Under the pieces are notes generated by a model. The model saw only the letters and a program-made list of their open reading frames with translations, was not told the DNA's origin and did not search any database. DNA of 64,000 nucleotides from positions 83,390,001 to 83,454,000 of the forward strand of contig OX597817.1 of the NCBI GenBank assembly GCA_951406725.2, in the 5' to 3' direction. The DNA is from Octopus vulgaris (taxonomy: Eukaryota). Below, in pieces: positions 14,740 through 26,884 of this stretch (within the stretch, counting starts at the first letter, position 1; the number at the start of each line of letters is the position of its first letter). Position numbers and translations under genes: made by a program.

Positions 14740-16061
14740 TAAGGAAAAAATTTTTTTAAAAATGCAGAATGCTCAAATGAAAGAAAATTTTAATAAAATG
14801 AGAAAATGATAAAATATAAATATATATTTATTCAACCGGTTTTCGTCATTGTATGACTTGTCAAGAATATTTATGTTTTAAGAAGTTTTTTTAAAAATTA
14901 GAAAGGGAAAAAAAGAAAATTGCATTGTTTTTTGTAAAAGAATAATGATAAAAATGTACAAAAATTAAAAATAAGTTCTCCGATACATTGTGAGTTCGTT
15001 GTGTATCTTGAGTTTTATGGTTGTTTACCAAAAAATTACCTTGAGGTGTTAAGATCCAAAGGGATTAAGAGCATGTGATGTGTTGTGTTGTTAAATTCAG
15101 CATGTTGCAGGACAGGAAGTAGTAGTAATTGTGGTCCTGGTTCTTCAGTTCCTGTGTTGTGAGTAAGGGGAGACAACTCTTTTGAGTTCTTCAATAAAAC
15201 CTAAATTATAAAACTATCATTTTAGCTTCATTTGCATTATCTTTTTTATATAATTGCTTGTTAACTTAACTTTCAGATTTTAACACTTTATTTATATTAT
15301 TTTCTAATAATATAAAACTGCATAGACAATTGCATTTCAAATTGTCATATCATTTATAATAAAAATGATAGTAATAACAACAATAGTGAAAATGATATTT
15401 AAAGAATATGACAATTTGAAATGCAATTGTCTATGCAGTTTTATATTATTAGAAAATAATATAAATAAAGTGTTAAAATCTGAAAGTTAAGTTAACAAGC
15501 AATTATATAAAAAAGATAATGCAAATGAAGCTAAAATGATAGTTTTATAATTTAGGTTTTATTGAAGAACTCAAAAGAGTTGTCTCCCCTTACTCACAAC
15601 ACAGGAACTGAAGAACCAGGACCACAATTACTACTACTTCCTGTCTTGCAACATGCTGAATTTAACAACACAACACATCACATGCTCTTAATCCCTTTGG
15701 ATCTTAACACCTCAAGGTAATTTTTTGGTAAACAACCATAAAACTCAAGATACACAACGAACTCACAATGTATCGGAGAACTTATTTTTTAATTTTTGTA
15801 CATTTTTATCATTATTCTTTTACAAAAAACAATGCAATTTTCTTTTTTTCCCCTTTCTAATTTTTAAAAAACTTCTTAAAACATAAATATTCTTGACAAG
15901 TATACAATGACGAAAACCGGTTGAATAAATATATATTTATATTTTATCATTTTATCATTTTATTAAAATTTTCTTTCATTTGAGCATTCTGCATTTTTAA
16001 AAAAATGTTTTCCTTATATCATTTCTCCACGTGCGGTCAACACAACCTCACCATTTATTGA

Positions 16062-16063
<2 letters not shown>
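14740..16063. mobile_element. Foldback element with 611-bp inverted arms (14740-15350 / 15406-16016); probable PLE inverted pseudo-LTR pair
   Basis: About 99% arm identity by eye, 55-bp spacer, about 45-bp extension on one side only, (TA)n on both flanks, hammerhead-like motif in each arm. Confidence 0.8.
14829..14869 (-). ncRNA. Type I hammerhead-like motif, U3-A8 core variant (mirror copy 15888-15927, plus strand)
   Basis: UAUUC-UUGACAA-GUCAU aca AUGAC-GAAA-ACCGGUU-GAAUA; one extra A after GAAA; the mirror copy lacks one stem II base. Confidence 0.55.
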
Positions 16064-16125
<62 letters not shown>

Positions 16126-16128
<3 letters not shown>

Positions 16129-16467
16129 ATGTAGGATAACATTTTTTTCGGGAAAAATTTTTATCAATGGCCAGCATATCAAAAGATACCTTTAAAGGTT
16201 AAATTTATAAATAATTTGCAAGATAAGGGCAAAAGAAAAATTCTAATGCCAAATATGCCGAAAGAAAGACAAAATCGTTCAATAACCATTATAATTTATC
16301 GTCTCGAAACAAACCGATAGAAATCTCTAAAAACGGTAATAACGAATTTTTTATTGATTTCTATCGGTTTGTTTCGAGACGCATAAATTATAATGGTTAT
16401 TGAAAAGTTTTGTCTTTTTTTCGGCATATTTGGCATTAGAAATTTTCTTTTGCCCTTATCTTGTAAA
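16126..16467. mobile_element. Foldback element 2 (arms 16215-16325 / 16356-16467), probable PLE pLTR end
   Basis: About 110-bp inverted arms with a one-sided extension, between (TA)n tracts. Confidence 0.65.
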
Positions 16468-16487
16468 GTATATATATATATATATAT

Positions 16488-17024
16488 AAAATTAGAGAAA
16501 AACGACTATTATGCAATTCAAGCAATGATAGGCATAAACCAAATCATACAAAACAAAATATATTGTAAAACATACAGCTAGATCACAAAAAGTACAAAAA
16601 TGAATAAACAATATATAATAAGTAAAAGACTTCGTACGTTTCATGGCTATAATTTTAATTCGAATTACAATTAAATTTAAATTTAATCGAAAAACAATTC
16701 AATTTAAAAGTATAGTCACTCCTCAGGTCAACAATAATAATCAAATAGAATTAAATAAAATCATGATTGTTCTTAAAAAAAACTCTAAATTAACTAAATT
16801 TGAAACTTAAACGGTAGGAACAGGTGCCTATAATACATTTATCATGTTAAAAACGCAAGGTAAAAAAATGAAACGTACATAGTCTTTTTACTTATTATAT
16901 ATTGTTTATTCATTTTTGTAGTTTTTGTGATCTCGTTATATGTTTTAAAATATATTTTGTTTTTTATGATTTGGCTTATGTCTATCATTGTTTGAATTGC
17001 ATAATAGTGGTTTTTCTCTAATTT
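16488..17024. mobile_element. Foldback element 3 (arms 16488-16644 / 16868-17024), PLE inverted pLTR
   Basis: About 157-bp diverged inverted arms between (TA)n tracts; hammerhead spans the left arm and spacer. Confidence 0.75.
16628..16729 (-). ncRNA. Type I hammerhead ribozyme with long stem II, mutated at the cleavage triplet
   Basis: GAC-CUGAGGA-GUGACUAUA..UAUAGCCAU-GAAA-CGUACG-AA-GUC; the opposite arm reads GAAACGUACAUAGUC. Confidence 0.65.
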
Positions 17025-17042
17025 ATATATATAATATATTTA

Positions 17043-17110
17043 TATTCTGAAATTTGATTTAATACTAAATTGAATTTTTCCCTGTAAGTTTGGAGTTATA
17101 CTCCCTAATA
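17043..17110 (+). mobile_element. Short terminal fragment of the PLE-like family at 62758-64000
   Basis: Its reverse complement atattagggagtataactccaaacttacagggaaaaattca matches atattagggaataaatccaaatttacagggaaaaaatca at about 62763. Confidence 0.6.
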
Positions 17111-17112
17111 TG

Positions 17113-17181
<69 letters not shown>

Positions 17182-17186
17182 GATAT

Positions 17187-17226
<40 letters not shown>

Positions 17227-17482
17227 CGAGCTGTTCGCACACAAAAGTTGTGAATATGGCGAAAGCCTTCTAAATGGTGTTATTAGTCTTGAGAATGCAT
17301 CTTTTATACATGGAGAACGCAGAAGCAATACTTTAAAAACACAGAAAATTATCAGTAACGTGCAAAGATCGTCCAGCATTAAGCGTGAAATTCAATCAAT
17401 TTAATATACTGAATGAAACATAGTTTATTCAATTAACTATCAGAGCTACCAGTTGATGTTCATTTGACATGAGGTGATGGGA

Positions 17483-17620
17483 TATTTGTTCTGATGAAAC
17501 TAATAGTAGACATCTAGGTCCAGAAATTTCACCATCAAAGCTGCGCGTAGATCCTCTACTGATAATATTTTTGTGCGTTTTTAAAGCTATATGTCTATGA
17601 AACATTTTTCAAGACAAATA
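17483..17620 (+). ncRNA. Degenerate type I hammerhead in a PLE-like 3' fragment (17224-17645)
   Basis: UAUUUGUU-CUGAUGA..UAGACAU..AUGUCUAU-GAAA-CAUUUUUC-AAGACAAAUA. Confidence 0.45.
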
Positions 17621-17668
17621 CATCCGAGTAGAAGGTTTTCCCCCACGCACACACACACACACACACAC

Positions 17669-17722
<54 letters not shown>

Positions 17723-17975
17723 TACTAAGTCTGCATACAAAACACTAATCACGAACTAATCATCATTCCGTCGCAAATACTGTACATACACACACATTTA
17801 GATATAATGATATGTGATTGTAAGATCTTAGGATCTAGGTGTACGAAGTTAGTACGCTTCGAGAAGTCCGTGATAGGTATAAAAACAACATTCAGGAACA
17901 ATAACAGTCTATTGACGCAGAAGGTTGCAGTATTCTTTACCGACAATGTAACCTTCATTTAATTGAAGTGTCTTT

Positions 17976-18058
17976 GGCCTGATGAGTAGCTTGTAGATTA
18001 ACCCTCATTGAGTAATTATTGTTTCCGAAGATGTGCTACCTAGGAAACATGCGTAGCC
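17976..18058 (+). ncRNA. Type I hammerhead-like motif
   Basis: GGC-CUGAUGA-GUAGC..GCUAC-cuag-GAAA-CAUGCG-UA-GCC. Confidence 0.55.
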
Positions 18059-18075
18059 TCAGTTGGGATATATAT

Positions 18076-18416
18076 TTGACTGCGGCCGCCTTGAAGGTTT
18101 TTAGTCGAACAAATTCGTCCCCAGTACTTATTTTTTTAAACTTGGAAATTATTCTAACGGTCTCTTATTGCCTAACCGCTAGGTGACGGGGGTGTAAATA
18201 CACTAACACTGGTTGTCAAGCGGTGAGGGGGCCAAACACAGAGATAAAGACGCACACACACATAGATATGTTTCCGTATGTCAAAAACACTCACTAGGTT
18301 CTGGTCGGCCCGAGGCTATGGTAAAAGATACTCGCACAAGGTGCCATGCAGTGGTACTGAACCTGGAACCATGTGGTTGGGAAGCAAGATCCTTACTACA
18401 CAGCTACGCCTACGCC
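18076..18416 (-). mobile_element. tRNA/CORE-type SINE with internal (CA)n-like segment
   Basis: Head ggcgtaggcgtagctgtgtagtaag..ggttccaggttcagtaccactgcatggcaccttgtgcgagt; same family as 56953-57360. Confidence 0.8.
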
Positions 18417-18559
18417 TATATATACTTTATTTGTTATTAAAGCCTTAATACACAAATAAAGAAATTTAACTTTATCCACCAGTACGGTGTTGAGCACTCA
18501 TTCTCATTACTCGATGGTTACACACACACACACACACTCACACACACACACACACACAT

Positions 18560-18592
<33 letters not shown>

Positions 18593-18663
18593 CTGTTGTG
18601 TCATTCTCTTTTGGTGCCTTATAATTTAACACACTCACCGATAAAATTTCCACTTATTTCATT

Positions 18664-19110
18664 TTGGTTAGAGACTGTGAACAATAGATTGCAGCTCCTC
18701 CACTCCTATTACATGAAACCTATAACTTCAAAATATGTTGTTCACAAGAACTCAGCTTTGTCACACAACATGAACGGGGAATCTATTGTTGGGGTGCTTC
18801 CTGGGGTAATCTATATTTATCTTGATACTTTGGCGGATGGAGTTAGCTATTTGCTGGATGCTCCCCATTACGTTCCTCTCAGTTTCTATACTACCGTCAC
18901 TAGAGTTAGTCCTAACTATGATATCAATGTCATCTACATATCTACTGTAGAGTAGAAGAGTTGTGAACTCTTCTGCTAATATTTGCTTAAGTTTTCTGTC
19001 CCACCAGGTCATAAAGAGGCCAGCCACATCTCCAGCTATACCGACACCGATGGCTGCACCTTGAACCTGCATGTATAGTTTTTTTTATGTGGTTCTTCAA
19101 GGTCGTTTTT
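18664..19110 (-). mobile_element. Penelope-like element reverse transcriptase fragment with an inverted thumb segment
   Basis: ORF 18761..19072 QVQGAAIGVGIAGDVAGLFMTWWD..YSRYVDD..DYPRKHPNNRFPV; the continuation WLETVNNRLQLLHSYYMKPITSKYVVHKNSALS lies on the plus strand at 18664-18772. Confidence 0.8.
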
Positions 19111-19924
19111 ACACTGGCCCCTATTGCATGTGCAATCATTTCTCTTTCACGTTCACTTTCTCGGTGTTCGTTGGGTATTTGATTAATGAAATAGACGGAG
19201 GATGGAAAATACTAGAAAAGTTATTGATCACTACAATTGTTTCAAACCATCTAGCATCGATCCCTCACGCATGGGATACTAAACATCTGGTTTAGTTGCA
19301 TCCGTCGGTGTAGATGTGTCGCGTCAGGTGATTAGAAGATGCATCGCGTTAAAATAACGTCTGTTCTTCTTGGTATTTGTATACAAAAGCAGCAAATGAA
19401 GGGAAACGCCTTCATTATTATAGAAGATCAATAACAAATATCACATGCAAAAAGAAACAAATACACATTACAGTTAAAAAAGTATTAAACATATCTGTTA
19501 GTAGATATGGATGGACAAACGCCCCCGCTTGCGTTTTCTGACGAAAGTACACTCGCTCGTACAAATCTATACGAAGATATAAACATACGGTCACATATGG
19601 TTTGGCGCACATACGCTCCCATAGCGAATTATATTGATCTTTAGAAAGTCAGTGCTTAAAAGTGGCGAGTGATACGACTCTATTTGGTGAGGAGACGGAG
19701 ATTCTGTGGTGGGATTCACTTGATCTCGCCGATATACTTACAGCACGTGTAGAGTTATGAATATGTACGTAAATATAGACATAGTAGATGTTTATTTTTT
19801 GTGTTAACAGCCAATGAAATAACCAGAGGTTGATTGAGGATGTTGTGTCTGTAATATTTGTCAAGTCAAAAAAAGACCCCAGAAAGACAGTACTTTACGT
19901 AGTTATTATTATTATTATTATTAT

Positions 19925-20345
19925 TTCGTTTATTGCACAGTATTCATTGCTGCTGGTGTAGTACCGGTGCCAGTTTTTCACAACCTGAGGACTGAGGTGG
20001 CATCTTCTAACTTCAAGCACTTTTCTAAGTACTCTACCACCAGTTCTACGGTGTGTTGTTCCTGTAAGTGCCTGACTCTGATGCTCTGTCCGATTTCTTT
20101 TGAATAGCTTTCAGTTCTGGTTCTCACAGTACTAAGCGATCCGACAACTACTGGGATCACCTCCGCATTTTCATTATCTACAAATATTTCATCTCCCATG
20201 CTAGTAGTCCATACCTCTTAATCTACTTCAGGTCTTTGTCACAGACCTAATTCTCGGCTGGACAAGTCACAGCTAGAATCAAACACAGTTTCTTGACTTT
20301 GTTAATCACCATATCTGGTTTGCAATGTTGAATTCAATTTCATGC
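19925..20345 (-). mobile_element. R4/Dong-like lineage C-type 3' fragment with (TAA)n tail
   Basis: KPDMVI, EVIPVVVGSLSTV..IRVRHLQ and RVLRKVLE; tail at 19903-19924. Confidence 0.75.
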
Positions 20346-20689
20346 TCATATATACCATAAAGTCCTGTAACCACTCCTTTAATACGATGTTTTTTTGTAA
20401 AGCCTACCATAAGCAACGTTAGTGAAGGGAAGCGGCTCCTCACTCGCAACTCCAAAATACACCGTGGATTTTCGGTTATACTGAGACCCGGTGATTGTGG
20501 GACTCACTCCATGTGGTCTACCTCACATTTATTATATTCGTACCGGTATTGACTCTCGTTAACCGTGAAATTTGCCGCAGGGCACAATGTTTGTCGCATA
20601 GTTTGGACATGACTAGCCCATATTCTCAGATAATCTTAACCATGTAGAAAAATTAAGGGGTTAAGTGAAATCCTTGATACGGCTGTCCA

Positions 20690-21185
20690 GAATAATCACA
20701 AGCAACTTCCATACTTTACAATAACGATGAAACAGTCAGTATTGAAGTTGTATTTGATCTGTCTCCAAAGATAAACTCCCTCCGCAGTGGGAAAATCGAT
20801 GATTCATCGGAGATGATAGTATTCCGTCTAAACCTTTCTTAGGTAATTTGTGTAATAAGGGCCAAGAGAATTTGAGCATTTACTGCCCTCCAATTATATC
20901 CAGCTTTATGGAACTCACGGCAAACGGTTTTGGTTGACTCTTTTCATGCCGTAGTTCGATGGTTCTTAGGCACAACAGGTTTCATTCTCTTGCAGTCCCT
21001 CCCTGTGAGCTTTGCTTCCGTCCAAAATTCTGCTTACCAGAGCTGGTTTTACCTTGGTTTTGCAATACCAACACAATTTTAGAAGCTGTACCATTAAAAA
21101 TTCAGCATCATTGTGAACGAAGCTTTAGCCACTTGCAATCCAACAATTTGTCCCCGTTGGAAATAGGATGGATCACAAATTTTGA
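20690..21185 (-). mobile_element. Tc1-like transposase relic (N-terminal HTH region to the first catalytic D)
   Basis: FQRGQIVG, GKTSSGKQNFGRK, KNHRTTA, STKTVCREFHKAGY and ISDESS, with frameshifts. Confidence 0.7.
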
Positions 21186-22584
21186 TTTCTTTATATATAT
21201 TTGCAAAAACAGTGTCTGGGCCTTCCTCAGAGCTATAGAAAATTTCATATGCCCAAGATGCCACGCGTTGTGATAGAACCTTAGAATTTATGACTCCATA
21301 GTTGCGAAAGGAAACGTCTTAATAATTCGGTCATACTGTGCCTACATGGATATATAAACGCGTGCGCGCACACACAAACACACACACGCACACGTGCACA
21401 GACATACACACATATCCATTGGTAACTGCGCATGCATTGTATACTATATGTGTGCATGTGTTTAGATAGATAAACAGAGAGATAGATAAATAGAGAGAAG
21501 AGAGAGAGATGGAGAGAGAGAGAGATACATAGATACATACATATATTCATGCATGCATAAATACATACATGCATACATTCACACTTACATACATACATAC
21601 ATGCATACCTATAGAGATATATCAGTTTGCTTTGTGTTCTACCTTCCACTTAGGGAAAATCCTGTCTTCTACAATAATTCAATGAAATACAATAAAACAG
21701 CACTATAGTATCCTTGGTTTTTCAGGAATTTTTGATGATACAGGTTTGTAAATCATAACGTTCATAAAAGTAGGGTTTACATAACAGCGCTGCCGAAATA
21801 AATTGATAAATTTATGTGTTGTAGAAATTTTATTTTGCTCAGTTTTTATGAATTATAGTCCTTCCTTCATTGCTTCGCGTATTGGAATGGCCAATATTTA
21901 TAGGTAAATATAAAACAGAAAATAAACATACATTTTATGATAAGAAATGATAGGAAACGACTTACTGTGGCTTATTATTCATTCGATATACCACATTCTT
22001 GAAGCATAAGAAGATTCTATACCAAGAAAGTGAATGTCTTGGTTTTTCTCGTGTCGATAATCTGATCAAATAATGTAATGTTTGTTTTAGCTGAACATAT
22101 AGTGATTTGAAGGTGTGACGGTTCTATTCATCAAATGAAATACTCCATATTATCTTCGTCTTAGAATATGATAACTAGTATAAATCTCTGTCTTGTGCAT
22201 CTAAAAGATTTCGATCCTGATAAAATGGGAGTTATGCTATTGCTGTAAAAATCGTGGGCCACAAGTTCTAAGATATACACACATGTTTATATACATATAT
22301 TCATACATATATTCATACATACATGTATGCCATCACCAGCCAATTTCGTATACCCATGGTTGCATTCTCCCAGTTAAACTGGTCTTTTTCACTGAGAAAA
22401 GGCATAAATAATTAGCTTTATATATTTCTTTATTTGTGCATCTTTGACATGGAGTTGCTTTTGGTGCACATTATAATTGCGTTCGGGTTCTCTTATACAT
22501 ATATACATACACAGTTTATAAGACTCTATGCTTGGAATGACCAAATATAAACACCATTCGAACTCACACACAAGGTACAGGAAA

Positions 22585-22620
<36 letters not shown>

Positions 22621-22691
22621 TCTGCTTAAATAATGGAACTGCAAATACAATATCCACTTCTATTTTCATTCCTTGTTTCGGTTTTTCAATT

Positions 22692-22850
22692 GGGCTTCTT
22701 TTGGGTTTTCAATTTCCGTCTACTAAATTCAGTCACAAGTCTTTAGCCGGCCCAAGGCTATAGAAGACACTTGCCCAAGGTGCAACGTAGAGGGAGTAAA
22801 CACAGATCCATGTAGTTGGGAACCGTACTTCTTATAGCACGCCTCCGCCT
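22692..22850 (-). mobile_element. tRNA/CORE-type SINE, 5' half
   Basis: tttccgtctactaaattcagtcacaagtcttt..gacacttgcccaaggtgc. Confidence 0.7.
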
Positions 22851-23253
22851 AACTGAATATCTATATTATATCACTTAAATTCTTTCTCTGAATGAGCTGC
22901 TTTCTAACAAAGATACGAAGCTCTGTCGTCGGAGTGTAGATAACGAAAACAATGTCACATTTTAAACTTGAGAAAAGTCTTACATAGCTTTAATGTTCCG
23001 CTTACAGATTGTAGTTTTGGTGTGCGAGTCCGATGGTTGATTTCTTTTTCTGAAATAAAAGCTTATCCACACTGATAGCTAGGCATTTACTTGCAAAACC
23101 AAGTGCTGCAATTATTATTGGTATAAATGTAGATATGTAATCCGGATATAGAAGCTGGAGATTTCGAAGCAGTTGTCCATAGTAATCTTCTTTCCCTGAT
23201 TTTCAAAGAGATATTCACATCACCAGGACAGCTGACCTCTATGACGGTACATA

Positions 23254-23415
23254 TATGTATGTATGTATATGTGTATGTATGTATGTATGTATGTATGTAT
23301 GTATGTATGTATGTATGTATGTATGTATGTATGTATGTATGTATGTATGTATTATGTATGTATGTATGTATGTGTATATATGCATGTATGTACGTATGTA
23401 TGTATGTGTGTATGT
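23254..23415. repeat. (TATG)n microsatellite
   Basis: Direct reading; source of the MYVC ORFs. Confidence 0.95.
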
Positions 23416-25210
23416 AAAGAGATCAACTACTTGGAAAAGTTAGTCAGTAGATGAGCATTGAAAACATAATCTACGAAACTGATGTATAGCTCGGGACAGC
23501 TGATTAAGATTCAAATAGCTTGTGGCCAGTAAATCTGGTAGTTCTTGAAATAACGATTATTGCCGACGAGAACATATGTTTATAAGAGCCGTTGCAGCTG
23601 AAAATGGCTTTTAACTAGCGAAATAATTGTTTCCTGTGATGCAGAATATCTGTTGAAGCTTCAAATGACGTGTAGTTTATGTAGCTCTTATATCAGACAA
23701 AACTGGAGTGAGACTGGTTGCACCGTTTTCACTATATTCTACTTCCGAAAGTGAGACTGGAGAGACGCTTAGACAAAATCGTTAAAATAATGATCCCTGT
23801 GCCACGAGAGCTACTAAAGTGGGAGCTGACGAACCAGGCCTTTTAGTGTGATTATCAAAAAAGCAACCACATTCTGTCAGTCTATTTGGACGAGTGCCAT
23901 CAGTAATAACCGTGCAAGAGTGCTATTTCTTCTTTAAAAGTAGCATCAGTAATTGATGCATAGGACTGTCCACTGTTTTATTAGTTCAGTCCTTGCTCAA
24001 TTGCAAATTTCGTCGCATTATCAATAAGTAATATGCTGCGTTTATTTGATCATGGCTGTTTGGGATAAAACAATATTTAAAAGTAACGTAGCAGCTGTGC
24101 GGCAACCATTTTTGTTTTAAAGAAAATGCAGCGTTTTAATGGGAGATCATTTTGAAAGTTAGACTTATTGCTATACATGTAAGCATTTGTATGTGTACGA
24201 TTGAGTTTGCACCGCGATGTCTGTGTAAATGTGTGTGTGGATGTAAGACAATCGTTAGGTTTCGAAACCCTAAACGTCAATGTTTTCCATCTTATTTTAC
24301 GTCGCAATATTCGAATATTATTTTCTCTTAAATTTCTTCAGAACAATTCATCTAGCAGAAATGCCACCAGAGATGTATGGAAATCACTAGTTACACCTTA
24401 CTTCAGCCATTGCTATATCAGAAACTTATCAACAGCGTTTGATTATGTTTGATTTATTATTTTATTATTTATTATTTCAGTCATATATTGAAACTTAAGA
24501 GAGTATAAATATATATTTGTCCTTCTTCGGTTAATAATATTTAAAAGAAACTACATCAGTTTTCAAAATGCATTAATTTCAATGCGCTTCAAGAATATTA
24601 ATCAAGCAATTGTTATGTTAAAATCGTTCGACTATCAAAATTCTGACTATTCATCTAAAGATTCTTATTAACAATTTCATGATTGAAAGTTTGACCCCTT
24701 TTTCTCCATAAAAGTCCTAAAGTAAAATTTCTGATAGAAAGACAACTCAATTGTTAGTTTTTTCTTCAGCAAATTTTTTTTTTTTTCATGTCCATCATCG
24801 CTGAAAAATAGATACTCTCGAAATATGAATTTTAGCAATCACTGAACCTTGTAATATTCAATAGATATGGATTAGATTCATAAAAGTAATGTCAATATAT
24901 CAGTTGATGTGGAAAGTGAAGAGAAGGTGGGAAGGAATAAAAAAAATGTAAAGAAAAGATGAGGTCTGACTTAAACAAATGTTGAAGTGATCGATTTTGA
25001 CATTTCATCCATCATATTATGGATTGAAATAAATGAAGAATTTAGAATTCTTTTATATGCAGCACAATGTACAGAGCAAACCTTCACCGTATTACTACAT
25101 ACTTTGCATCGTAATTAAGTGAACAGCATTGTGAATTAAATGCTAGTATTCGATATGTTTGATTTCGGTTTAATTCAAGGATCAAATGCTAGCATGCGTT
25201 TTATTTCAAG

Positions 25211-25256
25211 AATTCACGGATCGCTGCACAACGGGATTCCAATGCATGCCAAGATG
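25211..25256 (+). CDS. Candidate 46-nt internal exon of an unknown host gene
   Basis: ttttatttcaag acceptor, G/gtgagt donor, GC-richer than its flanks, open in all frames; no recognisable product. Confidence 0.2.
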
Positions 25257-25519
25257 GTGAGTGCATTCGACAGACAATAAGTACCAGTTATCTGGTGATA
25301 GATTGATTATATTTATAAAAGGATCGCCCTCTTATATGACCAACGTTTCAAAACTTGAGAAATACGGTAATACCCATGTTTACTAGCGTGAATTTTACAA
25401 TGATGATTACTGAACGAAGAGCCGCAGCGATTGGCCTTTTTTCATTCATTAAGAGTTGATATGTTCAGGGTTGACTTAAACAAAAACCGTACCTTAAGAA
25501 AAGTTCCTATTAAGCATGT

Positions 25520-25725
<206 letters not shown>

Positions 25726-26842
25726 CAGTAGTCTTATTTTTGTCACGTGCTTTTACTGCACTATCGAGCGCAGCTCTGTGTGCCTTGGGTAATTGCTGTG
25801 GTTTGTTGTGATGCTCTTATTTTCACTGTATTGAAAGTGTTTTACGTAGGTTGTGTGAAGTGCCTAGTAGTGCTATTTTCTGTATGTTGCATATACATGT
25901 TAGCCTTGGTATTTTTGCTATATATTTGAGTATTTTTATCGTACCTAATGTACCTACTATAATAGGAATTGTTTCTGTTTTTAAACTCTACATTCGAGTT
26001 ACCTCTATTTCCAGGTCTTTGTATTATGGAAGTTTCTCCATTTCTTTTAGAGAAACGTTGTCATCCGTTGGTATTCATACATCGCTTAGAAAAAATTTTT
26101 TCTTGATGATCACTGACAACTATATCCAGCCTATTAGCCTTAATTTCTCTATCTGTGTGTATTGGCATGTCCCAGGGTATAGTAACTTTCTCATTTTCTG
26201 TGACCTTTTCTGGCGAGTGACTATACCATCTTTTTTCTGTTGTTATTCCATAGTGTTGGCATAGCTTCCAGTGTATACAGGTCCCAACTATGTCATGTCT
26301 ATGAATACATATTCCTTCCTCGCCAGGACTGGGAAGCCAGAGACAATACGGTTTTCTGTTTCTTCTCCATCTCCACATATTCTGCAAATACTTGTGTTTC
26401 TTTTCATCATATGTTTTTGGTAATTTCTGATCGGGTGGCTTTGGTCTTGTGAATTAAAAAATCCTTCAATCTTGAGCTTCTCAGCCATTGTTGGAATTTT
26501 ACTTTGTTTATTTCTTTTCTGTTTAGCTTAGCCCAATATTTGCCATGAAGGGGCTTTTCTTGCCATCTTTTTATCATGATCCGTTGTTGTTCCAGTTTTG
26601 GCTTGGATTTCAGTTGTTTTACAGCTTTTGTTGTTTCTTCTTTTCTTCATATTTTTTGGTACTATTACCTCTTTTTTTGTATTTGTCAGGTTCCTTAAAG
26701 ACTGAAAACAGTTTCTTTGTTTTGTTCGTGCTTTGTGGCTACTTGTATTAGTTTTCCTTGATTCTGCAGTAGGTATTTTTGTATTCCTATGGTGGTTATT
26801 TTGTAATAGCTGTATAAGGCCTCTACCACCTTCCATACGTTG
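25726..26842 (-). mobile_element. R4/Dong-like lineage B, 5'-truncated
   Basis: EGGRGLIQ, CRICGDGEETENRIVSG, RHDIVGTCIHWKLCQHYG, WDMPIHTDREIKANRLDIVV. Confidence 0.85.
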
Positions 26843-26884
26843 TTAATGGTGCGTATTTTAGCAACCCTAAAGGATAAAAGCAAA

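Noticed and set aside
25222-25272. LDL-receptor class A-like peptide (CTTGFQC / QDGECI)
   Set aside because: Needs a frameshift and lacks the CDG..DC C-terminal half.
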